DNA of 64,000 nt from Paraphysomonas bandaiensis (GCA_965644295.1 CBFFRP010000409.1:1-64000), one strand, 5' to 3'; shown: positions 23,578-38,672, numbered from the stretch's first letter. Translations and numbers: made by a program. The notes: a model not told the origin generated them from the letters alone.

Positions 23578-24176
23578 ATGTTTTCCTTATCAAGGTGTTT
23601 GCACTCTCCGCCACTGCGGCATGTTCACTCTAAAGCAGCATGCAGTAGAGTACTTCGTCTGTCGTTCTCTACCTCAGGCAGTCCAACTCCTGAATCTAGC
23701 AATAAGAAGCCCAGCCCCTCTACTCAAGAGGCTAGCCTCTTAACATGCGGCTTGATAGCAACAACAGCATACGCCACTGTTTACTTTGCCAGTTTGGGAG
23801 CAATATTCATAGCATTGGAGAACAACGTGTTTCCTCTAGATTATTTCGAAATAGATGCAACTAAGTCAGTATTAGAGGTTTGACTTCATTTATGTGTATA
23901 TGAAATTGTTTCTAATTTGTGATGCAGCTTCAGAAGAGTTCAGTGGGGCATTTAACTGAGGGGGATATTTTAGCGAACCCACAAATGAAAAATTTTGCAC
24001 TTGCATTGGGTCTGAATCGTTTCATGAAAGTTCCACGTGTTCTTGTATCATCTGTGTCTGTTTTCGGTTTCTCTTCATTGCTTGGACTGAAGTCCACTTC
24101 CAAGATAGACGGCGCACTGCTGTTTATCATATTCGCAATAAGTTTTTGTGAACAACCAGCTGAAAATTATTACTAG
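23578..24176 (+). CDS. DUF1279/FAM210-like mitochondrial membrane protein (2 exons)
   Basis: Presequence; G.IA...Y..VYFASLG.IF.A; NFALA..LN....VPR pattern; short intron near 23878-23927. Confidence 0.65.
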
Positions 24177-25263
24177 TTCATGGTGCCGTACTGTATTTTC
24201 TTGTTAAGGAACTATGAAAATGTATTTAAAATCTGGCTTAGAGTCTTAATAACTAATATTTTGACTGCATCTAATTCTCAATGCATAGCCTATTTTGTAC
24301 AATATAAATGAATCACGCAAATAATAAAGTAACTGTGTTTAATGAGAAACAAAAATTTTCTTGAGTTGAACATGTTGGAACACGTATGTTTTTCTAAGAT
24401 AGAACTGTAGATTACGTTAAAAGATGTAATACGCAGTCAAAAATACTTTATACCTATAACTGTGAAACTGAAGTATCATGACCATTCAAGATACGGAAGT
24501 TGATCAGTGGTTGACTTGAAAGAAATATACAATAATGACAATAATGTTATGGATATATTTTATGACAACGCACAATTGTGGATGCAATATAATCGTATCT
24601 ATCTAGTATCACTACTTTATAGCCTCTCTTAACTTATACATACAATAAATTTAGAAGCATTGAACAAACATGAACCCTGCGCCGGCACTACATGTTGATA
24701 TCTCCTTCCCATTTATACTTTCTGAATACTGAATGCATTGGGTTACCCCTGCTAGGACCTCATTACTTTGTAATGTGACGCTATATGTAAGCGTAATTTA
24801 TGATTACGTTTCTAACAGAAAATTGACTGACTAATTATCTATAATTTAGTCGCGACCCACTCCATAATATAAAGGAACAATTCAATTTCCAGTTCAAGTG
24901 GTCTGACAAGTGACAAGATTGAATTTATTCATCACGATACATCAGTTTCAAAATTTCATTTTATGTATTGTAAACTGACTACATACTACATTGTCCTTAT
25001 CATATACTACAGCAGGCGTAAATATTTCACTATTCGTATTACCAGTCATTTTCACGTAAATATTCTTGAGCAAACAAAAACTATTATTGTTGACGAAAAT
25101 CTATTCAAGTGAGCTATTTATCATAATGGTTTCTGTACGGCTCGTGGGCAGCGGATATAGATGAAGACATGATTACTGATGACTCCCAGTCTTGGTTGCT
25201 CTAATATAGAGTAAAAACAGATTAAAGAAGGATTGAAAAAAATGCTATAGCACTTCGTGTTCA

Positions 25264-26772
25264 TTAATTTTTACTCTCGCCTCGCATACGACTGAGTTCT
25301 TCAGCTGAAATCCAATCAACAGCAGCCGTATTGCGATCGTTACAATCATCATCTCCCTTACCAATTCTAGCTGCCGCATGAATCTCATCGTTTATTTCAG
25401 AGAGTGAATACAGAAACCAGTTTCCAACAAACCTCACAGCGCTGCGGCTGAGGTCTCTGCTTTTCCTAATCAGGACACTAGTATCTCTTCCTATCTGCTC
25501 CCATACCCCACCTTCTACATGAAAAAGTGCCTCCGATGGGACTTTAGGTAAGCCGTGGGTATCGTCAATCGGAGTAAACTTCACTGGTCGGAGAAACCGT
25601 GGCCACATTAGAGAAGATTTATTGATGCCATTGGAGTCCGGCATGCGCATGTTGGGTCGCAGGCTTTGCTGATCTTGAGGAGACGGAGATGTGTGCACTT
25701 GTTTGCCCCACCATCCCAACATAAGAGTCAATCGAGGTGCAGAGCCACTAGTGATGGAAATATGAGGTACTACACCGTGCAGCAGCGCACCATCGAACAT
25801 GAGAAGACGATTGGTCTTTGGAGAGCACATCCATGCCTCTTCAACAGGAGAGTCACTACTCAATGTCTGCATACTAAATATTAAATAGTTGGATCAGGTA
25901 CATGCATAAGGTACCTGTGTGGTGACTAGAGTGGGAGCTCCAGAGGACCCACCATCGTCGAGATACAAAACACAAGAAACAAGAGGGTGAATGGTCCTAT
26001 CTGCTACAGCCTTCGCTCCATCATCACCACAAAGTGCTAACTCATCGAGGTCATAGTGCAACTAAACGAAATAAAAAAATTAATTAGAAAGGAATAATAG
26101 TCCAACGGTGTGTACCCGGTGTCCAGCAGCTGGACCAGTAGATCGTGAGTGAGCCCACCACTCAACCGACCCTACGTGTGTATTAATATCTTTGTCAGGG
26201 AAGGCTGATGCCACAAGAGGGCGCAGATGCAAGGCCAACTGCTCTATTATATTCTTACTCGTGTGAGGCATCTTCTTCTTCTGCTTCTTCTCCACATCCA
26301 GGGGTATGTTGTAGGAAAAGAAGGAGTCTGTAGGATACCCATGTTCACTCCAGAAAGGAGAATCTCTCGAAAATGCCTCACACAATGCAGTCAATAACGA
26401 CTGTGGCAGCACATCATCAAAGGATGAAGCAAAGCCGCCAGTACTGGACCTCTTCTCTAGCTGCGTATAGTCCCATACGCTACGAGTAAGTCTATACGAA
26501 TAGCCCAGCAGCTGCAAGTAGCTGTCCGCTTTAACGAATTCAAGACGCTGACAGTAATAAACGGCAAGTTCATAAGCAACTTGGGCCTTCGTATCGATAT
26601 CCTTGGAGGTCTTATAGAGATATAAGAGCATCTCTTCAAAGGCCTGTAACTCCCCTCTATCCTTAAGATCCAACACATCATCCAGATCAACACCAGAGGA
26701 AGCACGAACTCGCAGTGATGGTTTCTTATTACCACCACGTAGAGGGGCTCTCTTGCGTTTTCTACCGCTCAT
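25264..26772 (-). CDS. Fe(II)/2-oxoglutarate oxygenase-like protein (3 exons)
   Basis: VEWWAHSR..GHR|LHYDLDE (HxD), HPLVSCVLYL, PKTNRLLMFDGALLHGV, RLTLMLGWW. N-terminal NLS-like RKRKR. Confidence 0.75.
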
Positions 26773-26849
26773 TGCAGAGTAGAAGAGGGATATGTAACCT
26801 TCAGTCAAACCCCATGCAAATAATGTCCACTCATAGGCACATGCTATGT

Positions 26850-27025
26850 GTATGTATGTATGTATGTATGTATGTATGTATGTATGTATGTATGTATGTA
26901 TGTATGTATGTATGTATGTATGTGTGTATGTATGTATGTATGTATGTATGTATGTATGTATGTATGTATGTATGTATGTACGTATGTACTGCTGTATATA
27001 TGTATGTATGTATGTACGTATGTAC
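26850..27025 (+). repeat. (TATG)n microsatellite with degenerate right end
   Basis: Directly visible. Confidence 0.95.
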
Positions 27026-27485
27026 TGCTGTATATATGAGTGTACAATATGGACAGTGTATGCTGATGTACATACAGCAGAGTACTCGTATCCAGTATCA
27101 GAACTCTAGAACTGACGAAAAAATATGAAGTGGGCCGGAAGGAAGTCTGAAGTACAGGCAGTATGGTATGATATGAGGATATGTACAGAGTACCGTGATC
27201 TGATTCTTTCGTATGGGGTTGTTGGGATAGTTAACCAGAGGTCACATATATAACTATGAGTCTATGAGTCTGCTAATATATTCTATTCCTTCGAGTGATA
27301 CTGAACTCTAACTGTAGACATCAATGAGATACTGTGAACAGTAGCTGAGAGCGACGCATAGAAGTATATCTGTGGTGTTACTATTATACTGTAGCGGTAT
27401 ATTAAATACATGAGAGTTATGTTATACGATTCAACGCCTCTCTCTCACTAAATACAACTGATAAGTTCCACGAGACTATAGTTTC

Positions 27486-30400
27486 ATGGCAGGGTTACGT
27501 CCAGTTCAAGTGGATTCCCTGGAGCGCCATAGGAGCCCTCCAGCATCAGAGGTATGTCTATAGCAGAGTTATATATGTACTCCTCATGCTTTCTTAATGG
27601 TTTATAAGATATACAGTAGTGCGAAGATGTACTTAAGAAACGGCTGTGGAGCCAGGCGACGTAAACCCCCACTTATGTCCCCTCTCCCGCCGTGTGAGCA
27701 TGAAAATCATGAGAAATCGAATACCCTACACAGGTAATTCTTCCGTTGTTACGGATATGATTAATCATATTAATACAGAGGTGAAAATCATTCTGATTTG
27801 TGTGAGTCTTCGTCAGCTGGCTGTATGACTGTGAAGGCGAACAAAGATCGCACAAGGAGAGTTGGACGGCAGCGTTCAACATCGTCGGAATCCTCAGAAG
27901 GGCTTGAGACTATTCTAAGTGGTACGACTGAGAATCGAAGCAGTCTCACGGAGTGCAGTGTACTATCGGGAAGAAACTCTGATTCTTCCTTAGAAAAAGA
28001 TGGCGTTCCCTATGTGGAAGTTAGTCCTAATATCGACATGGCGATGCTGCAATCCACCACTCGATTGGCATCGTTATCTATAGGGCGGAATGGTGCACCA
28101 CCCATTACTAATCCCTTCACCAATTCAGATATCAAGCAAATATCATCGTTATCTGGCAATATTACGGAGATAAATGTTGCAGAAGAGAGTCAAGAAGCGT
28201 CGATCGAAACATACATTGGTCAGACATTTCCCCGCGTGAAGGATATTCCGAAGGTAATGGCTGCGACTTCTACACGTATCACATCACACGAGAAACGTCA
28301 TAACCGGGCCCAACCATTACCATCGATGGTAGCTGAAGCATCTCGTTCTCAGTTTTCGCCACCTCGTAATACTAGTGAATTTATGAATCACACACCACCG
28401 TACGAATACAAAGGTCGAAAACCATTCAAACATAGGAGATTTATTCAACCTGTGAGCGGTGTGGCTCTTGATAATGAAGATAACATGAAAGTAATGGAAC
28501 GAGATCGCGATAGCATCAATGGAATCAATGCAAAACTCGTCAATCCTCCGTCGAGAGGCCGCAAAGTTAGCGATACGGAACGGGACACTGTTCCCCTTGA
28601 GTACATTCCTCATAATGCGAAGACGGATAGCTATGGTGACTATCCAGGAGCCATACGGAGGTTGCAGTCGAAGAAGTCTGGTAGTCGAGAAAGTAGCCCG
28701 CCAATGGGGATGAATAGAGTAGCCAAAGGTGGTACACAATCGATCACCCAGTGCAATGATCTCCCCACTTCCTCTGCGCAGGACTTCCAAAACGCTCCGG
28801 TGAAAAACGCATATGACCAGAAAAAAACAAAAGATTCCAAAGCCAGTGACTTGGACAGTATTGTGAAAGAGCGGTTACAGCAAGCCAAGGCGGAGAATCG
28901 AAAAAATAGTTCGGATGGTGCCACGATGTATAAGTTCTCCCTCTGGAGTGGTGTCCAGCGTCGCGACCCACTGGTTGAGCCGGCCGCACTGTGCACAGAT
29001 GCAGTATCATTCTCTCGTGTGGAGCAGTCAGTTTCAATTTCAAATAAGAAGTGTTCTGATTTACAGGAATTGCGAACGGTCGGAGATACTTCTCAGGAGA
29101 GTACAGATTCAATGCTTCGCATGCGACTGATGAAGATAAAGAGTCTCGGTCATAACTCCCAAGGTGGTGGGTCAATACAATGTGTGACACAGTCTGGTGA
29201 GGGTAGTGGTGCCTGTTTAGTGGAAGAGTCAGTTCCGTCGAGTAAATTCTCTCCATGGAAACAAAGTCGAGATTATTATGCAGGAGGTGTTGAGGTAGAG
29301 GATGACTCTGAAGCGGATGAAGAGGTACTGAGTGAAGATGGAGTGCGAGACTCTAATGGAGAAGGTGGTGGCAGAGCACTGGCATTCCGTAGCATGGTGG
29401 GCAGTTGCAAGGTTCATGAATCATCTATGGGATCTGTTGCAGAAAGTATACAGACAGAGCGCGGGGTCATTGGGATTCCTCTCAACACCAAGAGCATGGA
29501 CTCAGTAGGTAGCAACAACTACTTGAGTGATGAGTTTGAGGAGGTAGAGGACGAAGTAGCCATATTAGGTATTGCTGTTGACGACTACAGTCTTGCTTCT
29601 GACGAAGTGGAGGATTCAATAGATGACTGCAAAATAGGAAGTGCTCCAGAGCAAAAAAGTGATATTCAACAGCGTCCAGAATTAGATATCACATTCGCGG
29701 ATATTCATAATAATGAAAGCGATTTGACGATCCTGGTTGCCAGTAGTTTAGATCAGGTGGGCAACTTTTCCCCTAACCATCATACTTATATCCCTCCCCC
29801 AATACAAAAAGGAAACAAGCTTGTACGACTTTTCGATGAAATCCCTTGTAAAGATAATTTTTTTACACGATCTGTATCGCCACTTCCAACCGAAAGGAGA
29901 GACCCCAGTAAAGACTCGTCGATACCGCTTCATGACAAGAAAGCAGGAGAGAGAAATCACAGAGAAAAGAAGAGACACGAGAATGCAGTGAATTGCGCAT
30001 TTTACCACCACAGGGATCAAACATCATCTCCTACGCTCTCAGAACTATCAGATATAGACAGCTCTCAAATAGAGTACCCGAATAAGACATATGTTGCAAA
30101 CCCTGTTGAACCACATCAACAACCACGAGAAGAGGAGGTGTATATAATTCAAGACTTCAAGTGGAAAAAAGGTGTTGATATTATCGGGGAAGGAACATTT
30201 GGACAAGTTTTCAAGGGTATGAACTGTGCTACTGGGGAACTACTAGCTGTGAAGCAAATATGTCTCGTGGATGGTTCGGAGGAAGAAGTCTCTAATCTAC
30301 GTCGAGAGATAGATCTCATGCAAAATCTCTCTCATCCCAACATAGTACGATATATTGGCACATCGGTGTCTTCCCGTTACCTGTTCATAGTTCTGGAGTA

Positions 30401-31123
30401 TGTACCAGGAGGGTGTGTGGCTGGAATGCTTGCACAGTTTGGCGCATTTTCGGAGGTTCTAATAAGGTAATGTGAGGCATTTTATACAATGTGAGTTAAA
30501 GATGATGCTATCTAGGCGACTGGTGAGCCAAATAATTCAGGGCATTGACTACCTACACCAGAAAGGAATCGTTCACAGAGACGTTAAAGGAGCCAATGTG
30601 CTAGTTACCAATTCAGGGGTTGCCAAATTGGCTGATTTCGGCTGTTCGAAGCAACTTGCAGGACTCTGCACCACCTCACTGGAGGAGAGTATGCGAACTA
30701 TAAGAGGTTCTGTACCCTGGATGGCGCCGGAGGTGATTAAGCAAAATGGCCACGGGAGGTCGGCAGATATATGGAGCGTTGGGGCAACCATGATCGAAAT
30801 GGGTACAACTATATTAATTTTTCTGCTTTCTCATTAATATATTGAGTAGCCACTGCCAAACACCCATGGCCAGAGTTTTCCAATAATCTTGCAGCACTGT
30901 TCCACGTTGCTACCTCTAAGCACCCTCCTCCCATCCCAAGTCACTTAAGCGCTGATTGCACCGGTTTCATCAATAGGCAAGGTGTATATATATGCTAATA
31001 TTAAATAAACGAATCCATGTTTTCAGATGCATGAAGATAAAACAACAGGAAAGAGCAACGGCACGAGAATTATTGACGGATCCTTTTTTGCTAGCCCTGA
31101 TAGTGACAAGTACCAATGCATAG
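27486..31123 (+). CDS. MAP kinase kinase kinase (STE11/NPK1-like) with a long disordered N-terminus
   Basis: [60 protein letters not shown]. Spliced end [14 protein letters not shown]. 5' exons tentative. Confidence 0.9.
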
Positions 31124-31570
31124 TACATCTCGAGTACAGTCACTGTCCATAATAGACGCTTACATATTAACAGTGCTGGTGAATATAATGAGTATTACCT
31201 TTGCGAATCTGTATTATTAATGTATTTCGATATTATGGATAATATGTTAGTGTTGCATATTATGTAGTCGTCCATAATTAAACTTATGAATATAATAATT
31301 GGTATATACTATTACATTTTCCTTGAGATGCTATTATATAGTATTAAGAGTTACGTTACCCATTAAAGGTGACCTTGGATTTTTACATTTTATCTATAAT
31401 CTATTTGTACTACTAGCAATTGAAGTCTAATTAACTCATATGATAATTATTCAGTTGTAATACAAAACTGCCAGAGTGTCGACCCTTTAATATAATCTTA
31501 TCTCCATTTAGTCTCAAACAAGTTTTTATTTGACTTGAATTCGGTTCGAACAGAGAAACTCTCTTATCTC

Positions 31571-31890
31571 TGTTAGAAATAGACATTTTTAGTAATAAGA
31601 CCTTTGTTAACACTTATATGGAATATTATATAATTATAAGAGATACCATACTTCATTCATTGACGTTCACCAACTCTTTCTATCTCTACTACACCAACCA
31701 TTTCTAGTACGATCTTACATCGTCACTATCTTGTACAGTCAGTATATTTCAGTTTTATCACTACAATGGCTATCATATTATTGGTTCTCATACTACAGCT
31801 AGCTACTACTGTATTCTTTGAGTAACGGATATAATTCTAATATCTTGGAAACTACAGCTTTTAATTGCTCACAAACAGCAAAACTCAACA
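31571..31890 (-). repeat. 3' LTR
   Basis: Identical by eye to 36765-37084. Confidence 0.97.
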
Positions 31891-32017
31891 CTCCCTCTCA
31901 ATTCAAAGCTGTAACACATGGCATAACTGACGGATACGCAACCACCGAAACCGTATAGGACAAACCGGTGGACGTATGGCTCCGACGTTTCAGCTAGCCT
32001 CTCCGTAGACAACACGT

Positions 32018-35000
32018 TTATGAGCCTCTGTTTCGTTTGTATGAATTCTCTCTGATGACATCCACAGATGACTTCTGATCTTCTCCTAGACATCTCTTTC
32101 TATGCTTCTCGTATATAACGCCACACAAAGATTTCGTAAATATGTCTGCAGTCTGGTTATCAGTTCCAACGTGATACAATATCGCAGTGTTAAAACGTCC
32201 TTCTGGATCTACATGTTCACGCACCCAGTGGTATTTGATTTCAATGTGTTTTGATCTTTTGTGGAACACTGGATTTAATGCTAGATCACGAGCACTCTGG
32301 CTATCTAAAAAAAATGGAGTGGGTTCGTACAGTCGAAGTCCCAATTCGGCCAACACCCCCGAAGCCACACCAGTTCTTGCATGCCAGCGTACATAGCTTG
32401 GTACTCACTCTGCATTGAAGACGTAGACACAGTAACTTGTAAGATTGATTGCCAGGTGAGTGGTCCACCTGCTGCAAACACAATGTATCCAGTTGTCGAC
32501 CTTCGTGACACAGTATCGCCTGCCCAGTCAGCGTCTGTGAAAATATGCATGTCAAAGCTCTTACCACTGAACCGAATACCTTTCCGCACAGTACCCCTGA
32601 TGTATTGTAACAAATAAGTCATCAACTTGCATGTAGCCTTTGTTGGTTTCGAAGCATATCGTGACAATAGGCCAACAGCATACGCAATATCTGGACGCGT
32701 ATTCATTGATAGATATAGCATGGCACCTAGTAAGCTACGATAGGGATAATTGTCGACTCCCTCTTCCTCCTGAGATGAGTTCTCACTATCAGTGCAATTA
32801 ATCCTGTCCATGGCATCTACAGGTAGTGGGGATTTGCGAACTTTGTTTGAAGGTCCAAGGAATGCTGCATATTTGGTGAGAATTTTTTCAGCGTATGTCG
32901 ATTGGTCAAGTTGAATATAATTCTTGGTCCTTGTAACTCGAACGTTGAGAAAATGCTCTAATTCTCCCATGTCTGACATGTCAAATCTTTCACAAAACCG
33001 TTTCTTGATTTCTGTCAAAATAGTCAGATCCGCACAAGCGATTACTATATCATCAACGTATATGGTTAAGTACACACGATGACCTTTGTACATCATATAA
33101 TATAGACATGGTTCTAAAATGCAGGGTTTGAATCCCAAAGACTTTATAAATCCATGTATGGTCTTCCACCATGAACGTGGAGAACTCCGAAGGCCATATA
33201 GTGAGCGATATAGTTTGAAACAGTGTCCTGGTGGCAACTGAAAATCGGGAGGAGGGTCCATGTACACGTCTCCTTCGATTTTAGCATAACAGAATGCATT
33301 CGACACGTCAAGTTGATGGATGTGCATACTAAACATGAAAGCAAGGGCAATGATTAGTCTAACCGTAATCGATTTCACCACAGGAGCAAATGTATTTTCG
33401 ACGTCTATACCTGTCCTTTGACCATATCCCAGAGCGACCAGACGAGCTTTATGCTTTTTTATTGATCCATCTTTATTGTATTTTCGTTTGAACACATATC
33501 TGGACTTTAGAGGTCTAACACCAGGTGGCGTCTCAACGACATTAAACACTTCCCGCTTGAATAATGCATTCCGTTCTAATCGTCTAGCTTCCTTCCAATT
33601 TGAAGCTTCAGGACATGTCAATGACTCTTCATACGTCTCAGGCTCTCTATAAGTAGACGAGTTAGACATAAGTGCGCAATCACTCTCATCACACAAGTTA
33701 ACAATCTCCTCGTCATGGAGAAGGTTTACCTCACCCAGGGTGGACACATTAGTCAACACCCTTCGGATTCGCGTACGTTTACCACTGGTCTCCCTTGACT
33801 CAGCATGTACAGTACCACTATTCTCACTTGGCACACAAGAAGGTACATTCTCAAAGACACGATTCGCGCTGACCCCACTCGGTACAGCACCCGCACTACT
33901 CTCCGGCAAAGTACGAAGGGACATTCTCTTCCCTGGAATCTCATCCGCCGTAGACTTATTGGGCGTGTCACCCGAAGCCGGCGTAGATGACGATCCACCT
34001 CTCTTGTCGTCACAAGAACGAGGTTTTGAGTACAGCCTGCGGTTATAGTCACCAGTCAACTCGGCAATATCACGTACGTGAATAGGGACTTTTTCTTCTA
34101 TCTGCTCTTTCCCAGCAGTTACTAGCGCCCTAAACGCCACAATTAGTCCTTTTCGCACCACAACTCTCGTAGTCTTGAAGAGAAACCCGTCGTCCACATG
34201 ATACGAACCAATCAGATGTTTAAACTCTTCAACTGATCGATCTAATGGGTCAGTTTTGACTAAGGCCTCTTCAAGCTCTGCATAGTACTCCTTATCTCTT
34301 GGAGGTATACTTTCATCATACAGAACATGTACTGATACGACTTCTTTGTCACCAAGCCACACACGGGATCCCTTTTTCGTATTGGATAGACCTATGAAAT
34401 ACCCAGTCTGCGACTTCTCCTGCCAGTCCTTTCGACGATCACCTTTGGGAATAAGCACATAAGCCTTGCACCCCCAGCGTCGAAATCTCGATAAGTCAGG
34501 GACTGAACCTCCTGGGACGCATTCCATTGGAGACATCCAACCTCGATATGTACGTGTAGGCATTCGTCGAACTATCATGCATGCATATACATAAGCATCC
34601 CACCAAAAAATTACGGGTAATCCTGAGTCCATTAACAGAGCCAGAGTCATTTCTCCCAATGTTCGATTCCTACGCTCAGATACACCATTCATCTCAGGGC
34701 TGTCTGTGGAGCTCCAAGTGATGCTAGTTCCAAACTTGCTCATTAAGTATTGCTGAATGGACTTGTCGATCAACTCAGCCCCCCCATCCGAATGGTACTG
34801 TATCAACCGGTGTGAACCGGGATATGTAGGGAGTTTACGCTCAACCCAGTCCTTCACGCAACTCAACACCTCATTCGCAGACCGTGTCTCCAACGGATAT
34901 TCCCAAAACTCCTTGGTGGCTATATCTGATAATGTCAGAACATATTTGTATCCTTGTCTGGATGGGCAATTGAAATATACAGCAATGTCCACAGAAACCT

Positions 35001-36765
35001 TCTCAAGGAACTCTGTAGCTTGCAGTTCGTCATCTCTCTTTGCGGTGAATGATTTCCTTGTCATCTTTGATTTTGCGCAAGCTTTACAAATACCTTTCAT
35101 TTTTCGTAAACTCTTCTTGCTGAGATGTCGTCGGGTTAATCCGCTCCCGGTAAAAAGTCTGTGTTTAAACGCTTCAATCAGCTTATGTTTGCTGACGTGT
35201 CCACAGCGCTTGTGTAACATCTCTAACGGATCTTCATGCACCTTGTCGGACAAATATACTTCCTCCAGCATTGTCAAATTTGGAAGATCAAGTATTTCCT
35301 GTAAATTTACATAAGGCATTCCGTTGCTTGAGTAGGTTGCCTCCAATACAGTCTCCCCAGTATCAAGTCGCACAACAGTGGGCTTGTTCAACAACTGCAA
35401 TCCATACCCGTGAGAACGGAGTATTCCTCCAGAGCAGATATTCTTGACTGATCCAGGGCAGATCTTGATGTCAGTCCAATCGCCAAAGCCTCCAGTTTCC
35501 TCATAGTGTAAACTGGATCCAGCTCTGGTTGTCTGTATATTTCCATCCTCCTTCTTGACCGTATGAAGGAAATTTCTGTCCTTAACAATGAACAGTTTAT
35601 TAGAGGCACAGCTGTCTAAATACACGGGTTCATCGGAAGTGTGTAGCACCTCTTCAGAGACACATGAATCATCATGCGGTTCCTCATACATAATCATGTT
35701 CACAGAGTCCGAATCTTCCTCTTGCTCCTCTCTCCGCAAAAAACGATTCCAATCTGTGCGTTTTGCAGGCTTTTCGTCCAAAAATGGCCGGTTTTTGTCT
35801 CCTTGGGCAGAGTCACTACGTACTTGAGCACGAAATTTGCACTTATACGCACGATGTCTGGTGTCTCCACATACATAGCAGCCATCTGATTTTTTCTTCT
35901 CGTTGTTGTCTCTGCGACTCTCAGATCGATTCCTAGCGCCACGACTCTTTCCCTGCCTTCTTAATTTCGCGATCTTAAGGTCTCTCTTCTTCTTCCAGCA
36001 CGATTTCTGTGAGTGACCCCGTTTGCCACATTTGGGATAGCTGCACACCTCATTTTCATCAGCAGTGGAATTCATGTTTACTTCGTCGGTGCCTTCTTTC
36101 GGGACACCTTTTGCCTGATCGTATCTCCTGCATATGGTGATCATATCAATAAAGGTTATGTCACCTTGTAGGTAGAGATTGGTGTACAATTGCTCCAAAT
36201 CGCTTCGTGTTTCGAGGGCAGTCTGTAACTTCGTTTTTTTAGCGATGTCAGTGGGTGGTTCCCCCAACTCGGACATTTTTTGACAGATGCCGTTTAGTCG
36301 ATCGATTGCTGCGCACACGAGTTCCCCCGGTAGAATTTTGAATCCTGCAAACTTCTTATTCAATTCAACTAATTCATATTGGATTTCCCCTCGAAACCGA
36401 ACAATTAACCTAGAGATGAGTTCACTCGCTAACTGCTCTTTATCAGGATGGTCCTGCGGGAGCATATCCTTTTCCCGGAAGTACTGATCCACGATCTCAA
36501 GGGCTTCAGCGACTGGTTGAACAGCTTCAAATATCGAACTGATGCACGTGTCTTTCCTCTCCAGCCACTTGTCCAGATCCTCCTTGTACTTATTTCGGAC
36601 TGTCACTGGCGCATTATTTGCTGGTCTTACTGGACGGTCCTCTAGACCCAGATGGTTCCTGTTCTTCCTCATCAACCACACTTTCAGATTCTTTGACCAA
36701 TTCACTACACCGAACTGATCAAATTTAGGAAGAAGTTTCCACTCCGAACTACCATCCGCTACCAT
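32018..36765 (-). CDS. Copia gag-pol polyprotein with one frameshift in RNase H at about 32358
   Basis: Zn knuckles, YLDSCAS protease, HKRCGH..C..C and SDGGAE..NGVSER integrase, KARLVALGY/LYGLR/YVDD RT, DADWAG and RSKHIEIKYH RNase H (the latter in the 32018-32368 frame). Confidence 0.93.
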
Positions 36766-37084
36766 GTTAGAAATAGACATTTTTAGTAATAAGACCTTTG
36801 TTAACACTTATATGGAATATTATATAATTATAAGAGATACCATACTTCATTCATTGACGTTCACCAACTCTTTCTATCTCTACTACACCAACCATTTCTA
36901 GTACGATCTTACATCGTCACTATCTTGTACAGTCAGTATATTTCAGTTTTATCACTACAATGGCTATCATATTATTGGTTCTCATACTACAGCTAGCTAC
37001 TACTGTATTCTTTGAGTAACGGATATAATTCTAATATCTTGGAAACTACAGCTTTTAATTGCTCACAAACAGCAAAACTCAACA
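36765..37084 (-). repeat. 5' LTR
   Basis: Identical by eye to 31571-31890. Confidence 0.97.
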
Positions 37085-38672
37085 ATCTCTTAATGATGAT
37101 ATTACAAATTACAACCATGTGAATGTGATTTCATTTTATTACACTATCATAGCACAATGATGACAAACATTCAAAAGCAGAAGTTATATTCTATCCTTCG
37201 GCTGATGTAGAAGACCGTAGTGATGTCAGTGTAAGCAATCTATATTCATGCCACAATTTCGCAACAACTTCAACATTATTACTGGAGACTGGAGAGTCCT
37301 TACAGTGTTTGTGTACTTCATATCATATACACAGCATTCGAATTAGTTGCACTACCAGAAGTTAAGCGTGATGTACACAAATGTGATAATGATGCCAACG
37401 GCAACAAGAAGCCTTGTGCGACTAAAACTTTGTACACCCTCATCACATTTATCAACGAATTTCAGTACCCCGCAGTTGCTATTCCCTCAGTGTCCTCATG
37501 TGGTAGAGGTACACTTGTTGTAGCTATTACAGAAATATGGGATTTATTGTTATTAATCGAGAGCAATGGCCATTGCCATTCCCTGAGCTCATGTAGCTGT
37601 CATCGATTCACTCTGTACTTTCTTGTTGCCAGTCATTCAACGCCTCTTCTCTAACAGCAGTGATATATACAGCCCTAACAGCCGTTATTGACTGAGGAAG
37701 TATGCAAGTATGCGGTGTGCAGGTCACAGCTATGTACATGATATCCATCCATATGCAGAGTATGCTGTACATATCTTGATATCTAAATATGAGGGGCCAA
37801 TTGTAAATATGAAGAGTATGTGCGGGTTTCGACGTCACCGTCGCCGTCGCCGTTGCCATCATTGTCATCATCATCCAGCTTTGCAGTAACCAAAGATGAA
37901 CTGAAACGGAAGTTCGAACCCTCACATACTCTTCATCCTCCCTCCACTGCACATATGTATGCAAGCCTACGTGTGATGTTGCTTGGCAATCACATATGCA
38001 TATATCGGGATCGTCTTTCTTTGCTTCGAAGGCTTGACAGGTACAGGAGCTGTAATCGCCATGACATTCTCCACGAATGATGAATGTCTTATCGACAAGG
38101 CAAGTTGATAGTAAACGCTAGTGTTTTTAACTTGTTTAATCAGATGATAATAATGACTTGCACTGTAATCTGCCCTTCGTATCACACACTACACTCTCAC
38201 TGCACTCTGGACATAAACACTTCGCACATAAGATTCTGTCTGTCCAAATGACTGCACAGACAGCAGTCCACATCGTATCATCACACACGAAGAATACAGC
38301 AAACGCTTTTATGTTTTTTTAGTAGCTAGTTACTACTATAGTAGAAACAAGTAGAGTCATTTTATAAATATCCTATTTTATAGACTTCAAATGCTAAATT
38401 TTGGCATATTTTCATAATGTGGAGAAAGAGTTTCCAGTTTTCAGTTCTTATTTTTTGATAAATTTAAATTTCACAGTTGATTTTTTGATATTGATATGCT
38501 CTACAAAAATGTGTATGTTGTCCTCGACTACACCATAGATACGTGCATCTCACTGCATCTGATCTGATGACTGTACGGGTGAGTCTATATGTTACTATGC
38601 CACACTGCACATTAATACAAATCACTCCCATATCGAAATACTAAATCAAATATGTCAAATTTAGCCGAGACA

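Larger units (their letters stand above)
31571..37084 (-). mobile_element. Full-length Ty1/Copia LTR retrotransposon
   Basis: Two 320-bp TG..CA LTRs, 5-bp TSD ATCTC (31566-31570 and 37085-37089), PBS TGGTAGCGGATGG, PPT TGAGAGGGAG, gag-PR-IN-RT-RH domain order. Confidence 0.98.

Noticed and set aside
37608-38185. Possible small gene
   Set aside because: No consistent spliced model or recognisable motif.
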